From Octopus vulgaris (lineage: Eukaryota), in assembly GCA_951406725.2 (NCBI GenBank), contig OX597820.1, positions 86,552,001 through 86,616,000 of the forward strand: a stretch of DNA of 64,000 nt, read 5' to 3'. This document shows, piece by piece, positions 13,872 through 26,890 of this stretch (its first letter is position 1; the number at the start of each line of letters is the position of its first letter). The translations under genes were made by a program, and so were the position numbers. The notes beneath the pieces are model-generated. The model saw only the letters and a program-made list of their open reading frames with translations, searched no databases and was not told the DNA's origin.

Positions 13872-14063
13872 AAGGAAACCCCATATAGTCGCTCGACCTG
13901 CCATGTAGATACAGGATCCAAGTCTCACCGTATCACACCCTACTTTCTTCAGAATTGATAATGTAGCCACTCACTATATTGATTAAAAATGACACGACTC
14001 TCGTGCCTTGAATGACTTTATTCATAGCCACATTTGATCTAGGTTGACCTGGGGTTCAGCAGC
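13872..14063. mobile_element. Old dispersed repeat (family C); similar copies at ~18695-18870, ~19540-19725 and ~33150-33310
   Basis: Shared degenerate blocks (aaatagcagccaaatctc-like, tgatcaaaggca-like, ggctgac) in mixed orientations; low identity. Confidence 0.4.
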
Positions 14064-14269
14064 TACTTTAAACGTAAATACTATTGGATATGCGGTACTG
14101 TTTCCGTCATAGAATTGTTGGAGACCCAATAATGTAGTAATGTTTTTCGGCATGCTCCTGGCGACACAATTCCAGCTCCCTCGAAAGATAGCTCTATGGC
14201 ATTCGCATGAAAGTGAAAACATCGAAGTTTAAATACCTGAGTTACACAAATTGAAAACACCGTAGAACT

Positions 14270-14426
14270 GTAGAATTTAGACAGAAAATGTGCTCGGTGG
14301 TTAGGTGTTAATAGAATTATTTTCCATATTTAGAATGCCAGTAGGATGTAGCATTTAGACAGGAAAATTGCTCGATGCATAGATGTTAATAGAATTATTT
14401 TCCATATTTAGAATGTCGTAAGGATT
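14270..14426 (+). repeat. Tandem duplication of a ~78 bp unit
   Basis: gtag.atttagacag.aaa..tgctcg..g..tag.tgttaatagaattattttccatatttagaatg occurs twice head-to-tail. Confidence 0.85.
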
Positions 14427-14544
14427 GACTAAGCTCTATCACCCTGCAACACTTGTTGAGAAGGGGTCTGAAAAGTTAAGGAATTAAACCTACTTATGTG
14501 TTGAACTAAAACTAAAATAATAACTAAATTAGTACTAAAGAATA

Positions 14545-14854
14545 TTCTTTTACTCTTTTACTTGTTTCAGTCATTTGACTGCGGTCATGCTGGAGCACCG
14601 TCTTTAGTCGAGCAAATCGACCCCAGGACTTATTCTTTGTAAGCCTAGTACTTATTCTATCGGTCTCTTTTGCCGAACCGATAAGTTACGGGGACGTAAA
14701 CACACAAACATGCATACAGTTTCTGTCTACAAAATTCACTCACAAGGCTTTGGTCGGCCCGAGGTTATAATAGAAGACACTTGCCTAAGTGGGACTGAAC
14801 CCGGAACCATGTGGTTGAGAAGCAAGCTTCTTACCACACAGCCACGCCTGCGCC
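14545..14854 (-). mobile_element. SINE family A
   Basis: Tail (cttttact)n tgtttcagtcatttgactgcgg.catgctggagcacc through head gggactgaacccggaaccatgtggtt..cacagccacgcctgcgcc. Confidence 0.9.
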
Positions 14855-15037
14855 TATGTACGAGAAATTTCAATCAAATGAGAAATTTTGACATATAGTA
14901 TTCAGCCCATCACGCTTTTAATTGATTATCCATATTCATGGCATTGCATCATTTGGGTTATTTCCCTTAGGTGATTTTGGCTTTTAATAACATTTAACTG
15001 TGAACTAAACTTACAATAATACAAGAAAAATGTACAA

Positions 15038-15183
15038 ACGACGACGATGACGATAATCATCATCATCCTCATCATCATCATTATCATCAAGTTCATCAAG
15101 GTCATCATCATCATCACTATCACCGTAATCATCATCATCATCAACATCATCGTCATCGTCATTGTCATCATCACTATCACCGT

Positions 15184-15215
<32 letters not shown>

Positions 15216-15270
15216 ATGTCCTCGTCATCATCGTCATCGCCATCATCATAATCATCATCACTATCACCGT

Positions 15271-15312
<42 letters not shown>

Positions 15313-15475
15313 TATCATCAAATTGATATTTACAAAGTCGGTGGTTGTAGCAAAGAGACTTCATGTTATAGAATGGCGATGACGACGAAGTCGACGTCGA
15401 TGACGACAACTATGGTGATGATAATGATGATGGCGGTGGTGGTGGTGGTGGTCGTCGTCGTCGTGGCGGTGGTAG
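15038..15475. repeat. (ATC)n/(GTC)n/(GGT)n trinucleotide low-complexity field
   Basis: Directly visible; contains a repeated atcactatcaccgtaatcatc higher-order unit. Confidence 0.9.
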
Positions 15476-16175
15476 TAAAGATAAAACCTTCAACGTAAAC
15501 GCGCAGACATACAAGCGTAAAACAACAACTCCACAACAATAATATTGACAAAAAAAATTATATAATCATAATAACGCCAGCAATAAATGCCTTTATTTGC
15601 CACAGGACGACAACCGGTTGGAGGTGGAAGAACAATACAAGCAAGAATGAAATCCACCTCGACCCCCATCCCACCCGCTTCTAAAGAAACGGTGGTGTGG
15701 GGTTAGCGCTTCCAAGGTGGTAGTGGTGGAGAAAGAAAAAACAACGCGATTTTAGAAATGAGGAGATGAAATGAAAAATGGTTTTAAAAATATATAAAAT
15801 ATAATAATATATTATTTCTAACTTGTCCATTAAAAGCTTTTTGTCTGCATGACAGACAGACAGGAAATATTAACGTGGATATAAAAACATTGGAGAGGGG
15901 AACTGGAATAAAAACTAAATAAAGCAGTTTATTAGAGGTTTTTGTCTGACTTGGGAAAGAGAGAAAAGCAGAGAGAGACAGAGGTTGGAAGAGAAAGTAG
16001 TAGACACAGTTTGAGAGAAAGGAGAATGGGAGAGACATTTTGTTATTTCTGTCAGCATTACATTGATTTCTTGTATGAGAAATTTTTGTTTCTGAAACAA
16101 TTTAGTTTATTCCTTTAAACTTCCAATTTAATTCAGATATTTCGTCGGGTTGGGAGTATTAAAAAAAAAAAAATA

Positions 16176-16200
16176 ATGGTGGTCACGTCGTTGATGGTGG

Positions 16201-16237
<37 letters not shown>

Positions 16238-16610
16238 AACGATGACGACGATGACGAGAAGAGGAGGCGGAAGTGGATGGGTCATGGTGCTGGTTGTGGT
16301 AGTGGTGGTGGTGGTGGTAGTGATGGCGATGATGATGATGACGATGATGATGATAATGATGATGAGGATGATGAGGATGATGACGATGATAACAATGACG
16401 ACGATGACGACGATGACGAGTAAGAGGAGGAGGAAGTGGATAGGTCATGGTGCTGGTGGAAGCAGCGGCGTTGATGATGGTGGTGGTGGTAGTGATGACG
16501 ATGATGATGATGATGATGTGATGATGATGATGTTGATGATGATGATGATGATAATAAGAAGGACGACGAAGAAGAAAAGGCTAGTGCTTGTGATTGTGAT
16601 GGTGATGATA
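16176..16610. repeat. (GAT)n/(GGT)n low-complexity field
   Basis: Directly visible. Confidence 0.9.
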
Positions 16611-17134
16611 ACGGATAGAGAGATTGGTAGAGGGTTCAGAATGGGTGCTGTATGGAGGGGATGGAATAGTTGTTTGCGTTTAGGCAAAGATGGCGGTTTG
16701 CCTTTTAAAGATTGATTTTCTGATTTATCATTTCTATATTTCTATATTTATTTTATTTAGTATTATTTTGTTGTTTATATTTCCAACTGTGCGTATGTAG
16801 TTCTGTATATATGTTTGTGTATCTATGTGCGTATGTACGTTTATGTGTGCATGTAGCTGTGTACATAGACGTGTATGAGTGGGTACGTGTCTCTCTGTAT
16901 GTGAATATGTATAGGTGTAGTGTGTGTATGTGTGCGTGACTTTATTAATATTTCCATTTGTATGAAGTGTGTTGTTAGCTGTTGCCGAATTTGTCGGGTG
17001 TTTTATTGTTCTGTTCGTGATGCGTGTTGCTGTTGTTGTTGTTGCTGTAGTTGTCGCTGTTGTTTTAGCTCTTACGTGTTGCTGCTGTCACTTTATTGTC
17101 GTTATTCAATTGTTGTTATTTGTATTAAAATTAC

Positions 17135-17315
<181 letters not shown>

Positions 17316-17704
17316 TCTGTGTTTACTAAGTATATATTTGTATAAAATGGCAATTTTATGTCGTTTCATTTTTGTGCTTCAGAAATAAATTTTAAAGTAG
17401 TGAGTTTTGTTTGTTTCATTTGATAATAGGACACGCGCACGCGCATACTCACTCAACTACAAGTATGTTTGGAAATGTCTAATACAGTGTACCCAAACAT
17501 CTTACGTTATGGGCTCTCGTTTTGATGTATTGCTAAGATGTTGACTTCTCAACCACATGCTTCTAGTTTCTGTCAGTCAATGTTGTACCTTGACCAAATA
17601 TCTTTACATGTAGCCCGGACTGTCCATTAAGAAGGAAGTGCAACAATTTCAGTTGATGGTAACTCCATGATACCTGTTGTGTCAAAATAATTTTTCCATC
17701 GTCT

Positions 17705-18098
17705 TGGCTTAACAACCCTCATCATTTGTTTTTACTGTGTTATTCTCTTTGTTCTGTCTTGTACTGTTTTTACTTTTATTGTTTTTACTGTCTTGTTTTG
17801 TTCTTACTGTCCTTTTATTGTTACCACTTTTACCCCTCCGCAAACAATCCCAAATTTTATCTAATTTGCTTTGCAGAAGGACTGTTTCAACGAAGTCGCG
17901 TCTTGTCCTTACCTTCGAACGCGGAGTAGACGAAACAGGGACAAATGAAGAAGGGGAATATTCCTTGTGTTGTATGTATTGTACTCTGTTTTTTTCGTTG
18001 TTTGAAAAATAGTTCGTTTCCATGTTTTTGTTTTTATGTTTTCGTTTCTCATTGTGTTCAACATTTTTGTTTTGATGTCCTGTACCCATATATGCATG
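17705..18098 (+). mobile_element. Dispersed repeat, possible Penelope-like terminal repeat (family shared with 5619-5885)
   Basis: Homologous to the reverse complement of 5619-5885; strong strand asymmetry (T-rich); ends at (TA)n. Confidence 0.55.
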
Positions 18099-18165
18099 TA
18101 TATATATATATAGTTGTAGGTATGTACATATATGTATGTATATATGCATATATTTATATATTATT

Positions 18166-18254
<89 letters not shown>

Positions 18255-19756
18255 GGGTGTATATGTATATACATAGGTGTATGTATGTACATATATATAT
18301 ATATATATGGGACACAGAAATACTGTAGGCTTGTCTGAGCACGTGTAGTAAAACCACAGTGAGCGAGGAACCTTCTGAGAGAGGGACACTCTGGGGTAAA
18401 ACCTGCGGCTTCATGTGACTACTGGTCATTTCCCTATGACTTGTCACTAGATACTAATCAGAGAGCCTCAGGGTGTGATGCCGTGTTGTAGTAGCATTTA
18501 TCCCTATAATCGAATGACGTACAGATGGCTCTTTATGGTGAAATAAAGAAACTTTATGTCACCATAAGACGACACACGTTCTCCATGGTGACATAATAAG
18601 ATCTTTATGACCCTGGAAGCATGTGAAACGAAGTTTATAGTGTTTATATTTGAACACGAACCGTAAATATAAGCAGTAAAAGGTGTTATTCTTGCTTAGA
18701 CACAAATCAGCCTTAGTCGATCAGACAATGATCAAAGGCAGTCCAACTGTGACAGTCCCATCTTTTAAATATGTGAACTCAGAGCCATATTATCTAAAGC
18801 AAGACTATTATGTGATTTAAGTTAATGTAGCAGTTATTTCCAGAACATCGGGTGACTACATAAAGTCTCTTGCATTGATTTGAAATACACTTGTTGCTTT
18901 GTCTGCAATTCTACTGACTCGGTTATCCAGCAATCCACTGTTCTTTCTGCTCTTATATGTATGCATGCGTGTGTGTGTGTGCGTGAGCGCGCGCGTGTGT
19001 GTGTGTTTGTGTGTGTGTGTGTTTGTGTGTGTGTGTATGTGTGTGTGTGTGTGTGTGATCATATATGACTTTCTGTGGCTTTCTGTGACTATTAATATTT
19101 ATAACATTTGATCTGGAGAAGAAAGCTTTAGCATGGTCTTCACATCCCCACCAAAGCAAATGAGATTAACGAAATTAATGTCAAGTTGACAACTCCAATA
19201 GAAAAAGAGAGAGAAAAAAATAGTGTGGAAATTCCAGAGGAAACAGATTCTAGAGAGGAACGACTAGCTGAAATGGTTAGTGAATGTTCTATTGAGGTGG
19301 ACTCGATATTGAAGACAAGCGGAAACATTTGTACGTTAGGAGTGCTGGAATTGAATTAGCAAGAAACCACTCAGCTAGAAGAAGCCGAGCTCAACATAGA
19401 CAAGGTATTGAACTACCTAAACAGAGAGCGTGTGTCCATATCAACCACTACTGTTTCATTTTGTGTTTCTTGCGAGAAATAGCGAAATACATATTATTGC
19501 ATTTATATAGAAATGGCATTTCCGAGTGATATTTTGTAATTGATCAGCCTCCAGCTTGCCCAGATCAAAGGCATTGCAATTGTGCTCATACTGATTTTGT
19601 TGTAGTTTTTTTTTTTATCTCGGACCAAATTATATAATGTATTCTTCTAAGAGATAGTATGTATTCTGTATGAGATTTGACTGCTATTTTTTGCTGGTTG
19701 GACAGTCACGAAGTTCCATCCCTGGCTGATGATGTTTCCTCGTATTGGTCAAAAAC

Positions 19757-19841
19757 TTTATTAATTAAGAATTCTCTTCCTGTGTTTTATTAATTAAGAA
19801 TTCTCTTCCTGTATTTTATTAATTAAGAATTCTCTTCCTGT
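19757..19841 (+). repeat. 29-bp tandem repeat, ~3 copies
   Basis: tttattaattaagaattctcttcctg(tgt/tat) three times. Confidence 0.95.
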
Positions 19842-20679
19842 TGTTCTACACTACCACAGTTATGACATGGAGAATAAATATCATATTTTCCAAGTAAAAC
19901 ATCAATAGGACTAAACAGAAACTGATTTTTCCATTCAGTCGTTATCGATCTACTGCTGTACGAAGCCTTCACATTACCATAACTGCCTTATCTATGTTGG
20001 TTTCTGGCTTATCTGCCTAAGCTAACTGTAGGTTGGATGTGATTAACCTTGGACACCGGCAACTAGACTGAATTTTAACTAACAACGCGCAAAAGTCGGA
20101 GCAGTTACCGCAAGCAGCTCACCCGACACCAACTATTCTGCCAAATCCTCGCCCTGAACTTGAAATAGTTCAATAATCTTAAAAAGATGATATTTAGATA
20201 TTGTGAGACTGTTTGTTTCTAGTCCATTTCGTAAACGTGTGGAGAAAAGAATCGAATAAAGGCGGAAGGGAAGAAACTATTTCAAGTCATTGAAGGAAAC
20301 GAACAGAGAATGAAGAGGACGCTAATATAAAATTTGTGAGAAAGTCGCCACCTTCATATAATCGCAATAGATTTATAGCTCTAACCAAGTACTTTATTTG
20401 TCAACCCGAAACGGGTGTAAAGTAAAGGAATTGAGAGACCAGGTTTTACAAAATGTTATGTGAGTATTTCAAGGTACGAACTTATGGCACAAACATGTAT
20501 CCTTATAATAGCATAGGAACAACTAGCATGTTTGTAGCTTACTGTTTCGGCTTTCTGCTTAATATTCAGAACTACACACGGTGTTCACATTTTGTTCTTA
20601 TTCAGCTGTGTTGGCTTAACGTATCCTTTTTAATCAATGAATTTTCTATGCCTCTCCAGTTTCTCCTCTTTTTTTCTTG

Positions 20680-20729
<50 letters not shown>

Positions 20730-20904
20730 CATTTATTTATTTATTTATTTTATTTAAAGAATAGTTTTATTCGGAGCAAATGTTAGTTCACTTGATGGGT
20801 CCACTTCAGTTGAAAAGGACTTCACCAACACTTCTACATGTCAAACTCCTGTCAACATTAGATCTAAAAGGTTCTACAGTTTATAACAGGTTTCGTTTTG
20901 ATCA

Positions 20905-21418
20905 AAGTTGACATTAACTTGGATAGAGCTATAACACTATGGTGATTATATTTAATTAAAGATGGCGACTTTTAGACATAAATTTAATATCTGCCTTCTT
21001 TTTCATTCCTTACTCAAGTCTTTCTGCAGCTTCAATTCATTTTTTCTTTCTTTCCATGTTTTTTCACTTTCTTTTCTATACACGGTTACGTAACGGAGCT
21101 GGGAATAAACATTCTTTCAATATCAGATATCGATGTTTCTAGATTATTCCATCATTACTGAGAATTTGAAGAGGAATTAATGACGAAATAGGAAATACAG
21201 TAAAAAAAATGAAGACAAAATACCAAAATAAATAAAATAATAATTGCGAGGATAAGAAAAACGTTGAAAAATGAAATATGTAAAGATCTCGAAGATAGCA
21301 AAAGATTAGAGGGATATTATTGGAGGAAAGAACACGAAATGGTTGATTCTAAATGTCGCCATCTTTAATTAAATATAATTCCCATAAGGTCGTCGCTATA
21401 CTAGGGTTGATGGCAATT
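20905..21418. repeat. Long imperfect inverted repeat / MITE-like fold-back
   Basis: Perfect 25-bp inverted core attatatttaattaaagatggcgac (20945-20969) / gtcgccatctttaattaaatataat (21355-21379), with diverged pairing extending ~40 bp outward. The interior is T-rich on the left and A-rich on the right. Confidence 0.75.
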
Positions 21419-21797
21419 TTATTACTGGCATGTTCTGGAAATCTATATATGGAATAATTTAGTGAAACGATTTAACAGCATATATAAAATTGTGATTCAC
21501 AAACGGACAGTTTCTGGGAACATAGGGATGATCAAAGTATGTTTCACTGCAAAATTAAGCCAGGTTAAATTACACGAAAGGACATATGGTACAGTGGTGA
21601 AATAAGTTTCCTCGTTCCTAGTATCAACCATAACGTGAGTGCAACATTAAGAAACATGGCGCATAAAAAATAATCGACAAATAAAAGCTGTAACGCAGAA
21701 ACACATAGAACATATGTGCATGTGTGCGTGCACGTGCGAGTGTGTGTATGTGTGTGTATGTGTGTGTGTGTGTGTATAATACATACAGATGTGTATA

Positions 21798-21952
21798 TTC
21801 TTTTAGTCTTTTACTTGTTTCAGTCATTTAGTCAAACTAATCAACTCCAGGACTTATTATTTGTAAGCCGAACGCTTTTGCCGAACGCTAAGCTACGGGG
21901 ACGTAAACATACCAACATCCGTTTTCAAGCGATGGGGAGGAGATAAACAAAC

Positions 21953-22010
<58 letters not shown>

Positions 22011-22162
22011 GATGGGCTTCTTTAAGTTTCCATCTACCAAATCCACTCACAAGGCCCGAGGCAATAGAATAAGACACTTGCCCAAGGCAGAACGCAGTGG
22101 GACTGAACCTGAGACCAGGTGGTTTGGAAGTGATTTTCTTACCACACAGCCACACCTGCGCC
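21798..22162 (-). mobile_element. SINE family A with internal (TA)n
   Basis: Tail cttttacttgtttcagtcattt, internal (TA)n at ~21955-22009, head gggactgaacc..cacagccacacctgcgcc. Confidence 0.88.
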
Positions 22163-22789
22163 TACATGTACATAATGCACATAAATCTGTGTTTAAGCAT
22201 GCATGTATATATGCATTTGTGCATGTATGTTAGAAGTTTCTAGGTTCAAGCCTTTGAATATTATAGTCTGTTCAGGGAAGGACATATGACCCTCTATGGT
22301 GTTTTAGAGAGACGTGGAGTAAGAGACTACAAGAAATGGTTTGTTATAGAACCAAGCAGTAAATCATGATATTGAATCGTCCTCCACAGACTGAATACCT
22401 GGATTGAAAGCTTTTAACGTAACGCACAACTCTAAAGTCATTGAAGTGTCAGGTGATGGTGGCGATAGCGGTGGTGGGGTTGCTGCTGCTGTTGTTGCTG
22501 GTGGTAGTGGCGGTGGTGCTGGTGCTGGTGATGGTGATGTTGATGCCGATGCTGGTCTTGGCGGCGGCGGCAGGGTGAACGACAGTAAGGATGGTGACGG
22601 TAATGGCACTTGTGGTGGTGGTGGTGGTGGTGATGGATTTAATCTAGACAATAGATTAGGTTTAAAGGCATTTATTCAATCCGCCGCCGTTGTTTGTTAT
22701 ATTCTTTGAAATGGCAGTTATAAATCTGTTCTTGATTTAGATTTTAGAGTTCTTCATCTTTATCTGTCTTAACGTTGTTTATTTATTAT

Positions 22790-23330
22790 TATATTATCAT
22801 TATTTGTCTTTAAGATAGCTTTAGTACAATTCTAAACCCTCTGTTCATTGCGACGGCTTTTCAAAATCTATGCTTGGTAGCCGCCTCTTGCAACAGTTTG
22901 GCTCATCTACATATAACATATGGATTTTCACTTCTACATTTCCGCCTTAACTGCTTCTAGTTTGGTTCACTAGATTCGGGTGACGATGCTAAATTAAAAA
23001 GTAGAGGGGACAATGTAGAGCGACCCTTGAAAATGGATGTTTTATATGGGATTTGTGCAGCTTACTTTTTTGCTTTTTTTTCCCTCGCTAAAATGTTTAG
23101 TTTTTGTTTGCCGTTTCCCATGGCTTGACTGCCATGAATCCTTAATGATGTGATTACCATATTTGCTTCGATACTTCAAATATCCAGGACTGCAGAATGA
23201 TTCAGATGCTGCACTATAATTTACTGTGCTTAGATTGTTTTCATTTTTTGTTTTTTGTTTTTCTTCTGCGATATGCAAATATTCAATCAATGAAAATCCA
23301 TGGTCTATGGTTGCTGTAGACACACAGAAA
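22790..23330 (-). pseudogene. Degenerate reverse transcriptase fragment, R4/Dong-like
   Basis: Minus-strand translation gives IFKGRSTLSPLLFNLA (cf. GIFQGDSLSPLLF) followed by HMLYVDE (cf. HLLYMDD), with stops and frameshifts. Confidence 0.55.
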
Positions 23331-23349
23331 GAGACACGACCTCCTCCCG

Positions 23350-24900
23350 CCATTATTCCCGATTATCAGTTTTTCCAACAATTTCTTTCTGAATATTCTC
23401 ATTAGCTCTGTGTTCTGTATATGGAATGCGAAGCATCTTCCAATAACTTTTCATTTGAAAAACCATCTTTTTCTCACTTTTAGCATCTAACGTCCATGAT
23501 TCGCACCCATAAATTGTCGTTAAAATTACTATTGCTCTTAAAATAAACGAATTTTTGTTTCCCAAATGGTGTCTAATTTTGCCAAAGCCACTGTAGCTAC
23601 TGCAATCCAGCATTTTACTACTTCCTTTGATCTCATATCTTCCGTTATTGTTCTGCACAACTACTAAAAATACACGCGCTTCTTCTCTGCTCTTTCAATG
23701 GGGCTGACTATTTCCTTTTTTATTCTTCCTAATTATCATTATTTCTACTTTTCCACGTCTTACTTCAATTGTATATCTTCTCGTAATTATATCAAGACCT
23801 GTTGTTTGATCTCTAACTCCATCTCCATATACGAAGAGAGGTCGATGCTATACGCTCTCGTATTAAGCCATAGTGTTCCATATCATACTCTCAAAAAGTT
23901 TTATTAAGTCAATAATGTCGTGTTCAAGGTCTGACTGCTCATCCAATTATTTTTCCGTGAATATTAACGCTACAAATCTACTCAACGTTGTTTCTCCATT
24001 CTTGGAGGACATCCCCTGTGTTTCACTAGTTTAGAACATGGTGGTGGGGAAATTCATTCTAACAACTAAAGCAATATAGCTATACGTTGTTTGATAGTGA
24101 AATTAAAGCACATTGTGGAGGAAAATTTGCACTGTTATATCATTATTAGTTACAAAACTATTCTATTCATCTGTCATTCATTTTGCTGTGCATAGTAAAT
24201 TATCTTATTTATCCTCAACTGCTTGACATTTAAGTACCCATTTCTTTAGATCTTCAACCATTCAGTATACTTTTGAGAGTTTGCTCTTTGACTTCTTTCT
24301 ATTTATTCACACCTTTCATTATCTTCTGCTGCTCTAATTTCTATTTTTATTTTCCCATTGACCGATCTATATTCGATTTCTGCTGCTTACATTTCCATAT
24401 TGTTTCTGTTTCAGACCTCTCCTTTCATTACAACTGTTTGAAACAGTTTTATTTCTGCAATGATTCTTAACTTTCTTCCTTTTGCCAATATTTCACACGG
24501 TTGTTATTTATTTCAAAGGTTCTCCTTAATTCTGGAACATTTAATAACAAAAGTGTGAATATACTTTCTATATATGCTGTAAATTCTTCTGCTATGTTCG
24601 GGCTTTTAAATGCTTGAAAGCTATATTTTATTCTTGCATTTTTGTCCTGCTTTATCGATTTCAGATAAACTTTTATTGTAATTATCAAGAGTTTAGATTT
24701 CTGCTTATATATGTACCAAGAAAATTCTAGAATCTGCGCCCATTTAGACTTGATATTTTGAGCATTAAATACAATTAATCTGGTTATGAAATATTCCCCA
24801 ACCCATTCCCACAATGTGTGTGATATGTATTGTTCATTATTGCATTTAATGATGCATTGTGTTTACCGTAATTAGTTTGTGTTGTTTGAAAATTCTGATA
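23350..24900 (-). pseudogene. Degenerate RTE-clade LINE ORF remnant
   Basis: IYGCESWTL..SEKKMVFQMKSYWKMLRIPYTEHRANENI matches the RTE post-RT motif (LYGCESWT..AFEMWCYRRMLRIPW..TNEEV). 24467-24814 resembles the endonuclease-RT linker. Confidence 0.7.
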
Positions 24901-25539
24901 ATCTTACTTTCGTGTTGTCAGTTCTCTCCAAGTCATATTTACCAAATCTCCCCATTAAGTATCAAGTGCATCTGTTCAAATCTTGTAATCACCTTGAAAT
25001 ATGCAAGTATGCTTTTTAGAGTGTTTTGTTTGTCATTTTTTAAAAACATCTTATGAAAATTCTTACCTCAATCAACATTATAGTAGCATGTTTGGGAAGT
25101 AATTTAAGATGCTGTATAGCTTCCTGCTCTTATAAATGAGACGGTACACAATGTGATCTTGACTTTAAAGTATTTTTATATTCCTTGAAATCTAAAACAT
25201 ACCTTTTTGTTTGCTTTTTTGCCCATTGAAACATAATATGATGATGCAGAGAAATTCGCATATCATACAGCGAGGACTTTTTCTTTTCCTCTTTTTTAAT
25301 TCCAAGATTGATTCAATAAATATGCTAAGCAACCAAATCAGAAGCGAAAGTGTGTAGCAAGTTCTTTATATTGGAATTTGGATTGTAATAACGTTGTATT
25401 AATTTGAAAATGTAAAATTAATTTAGGTTATGGGAAGATATTCTTGAAGTATTATATTTTAGTGCTAAAACAACCCTAACACTGCAATTAATAAATTGTT
25501 TAATTTGGTTTAGTATAACATTAGTATGATGTAACAATG

Positions 25540-26245
25540 CTATGTTGCATAGAACATATCATTTCTTTATTACATGGTGTATAGCTACTATGTTACATAT
25601 CACTTCTATGTTATACGGTACATTACGTCTATGTTATATGGTATATCACTATTATGAACACTTACTTTATATGGCATATAACTTCTATTTTATATGGTAT
25701 ATAATTTCTGTTATAACGCTGCTTTGTTATAAGGTGTCTCATTGCTGTGATATATTGTATACCATACTGTTATATGCTATACCACTTCTAGGTTATATGA
25801 TATATTATTGCAGTATTACATAGTACATCACTATCTTATATAGTATATAAATGCTGTTATGTTTACGGATGGGATATGATATATAGTATTTGTGTTATAT
25901 GATGCATCCCTGCTATGTAATATTTTATATCATCTCTGTGTGATGTTATATATAACTCTTGTAGTAAAACCATGTTATGTGGTATATCCACTTTCTATTT
26001 TATGTGGTATATCACTCGTTCTTTGCTACGTAAGCTAAACGGTATATCGTTGCTGGTATATTTACATAACTTTTACATTAAGTAGCATATCACTTCTATA
26101 TTATCTAATATACCAGTTCTAAGTTCTATAGTATATCACTTCTATATTTTATGTAATATCATTCTTTCTATTTTGTAACTATATCATTTCTTTTATATTA
26201 TATGACATATCGTTCGATCAGTGTTGTATGTTATATCAATTGCTG
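25540..26245. repeat. Degenerate ~23-bp minisatellite
   Basis: Recurrent unit like atatcactNctatgttatatggt along ~700 bp. Confidence 0.7.
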
Positions 26246-26478
26246 CATATTTATATATTAAAACAGGAACCCCAAGAAGCTGCGTTTCGCAATATTTATA
26301 AGTTCATCTGACAATGCATATTGTTTAGTTAAATTCAAGAGGGTTTCTCTTGAATGTCAGTATGTGTGTCTACGGTGAAGAATGAAACCATTTATCTTTC
26401 CGGATAAAGCTCATTGGACAGCGCAGTTTCCTTTCTTTAGTCATAGTTGTCAAATGTATTTGATATTCTTAAACAATA

Positions 26479-26610
26479 GGTGCAGGAGTGGCCGTGTTGA
26501 AAGAAGCTTACTTCCCAACCACATGGCTCCAGGTTCAGTCTACTGTAGCCTCAGGTCGACTAAAGCCTTGTGAGTGGATTTGGTTGACAGAAACTAAAAG
26601 AAGCCCGTCG

Positions 26611-26674
<64 letters not shown>

Positions 26675-26890
26675 TATGTGTCTGTGTCTGTCACCCCACC
26701 ATCGCTTGACAACCAGCGTTGATATGTTTACGTCCCCGTATATTAGCGGTTAGGCAAAAGAGACCGATAGAATAAGTACTAGGCTTACAAAGAATAAGTA
26801 CTGATGTTGATTTGTTCGACTAAAAGCGGTGCTCCAGCATGGCCACAATCAAATTACTGAAACAAGTAAAAGTATAAAATAATAAAAGAA
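26479..26890 (+). mobile_element. SINE family A with internal (TA)n
   Basis: Head ggtgcaggagtggccgtg..cccaaccacatggctccaggttcagtc, internal (TA)n, tail gctccagcatggccacaatcaaattactgaaacaagtaaaag. Confidence 0.9.

Noticed and set aside
19757-19841. 29-bp repeats as a CRISPR array
   Set aside because: Units are contiguous with no spacers, the context is eukaryotic, and there are no cas genes.
22364-22709. Gly-rich / Pro-rich ORFs
   Set aside because: Degenerate (GGT)n low-complexity sequence open on both strands.
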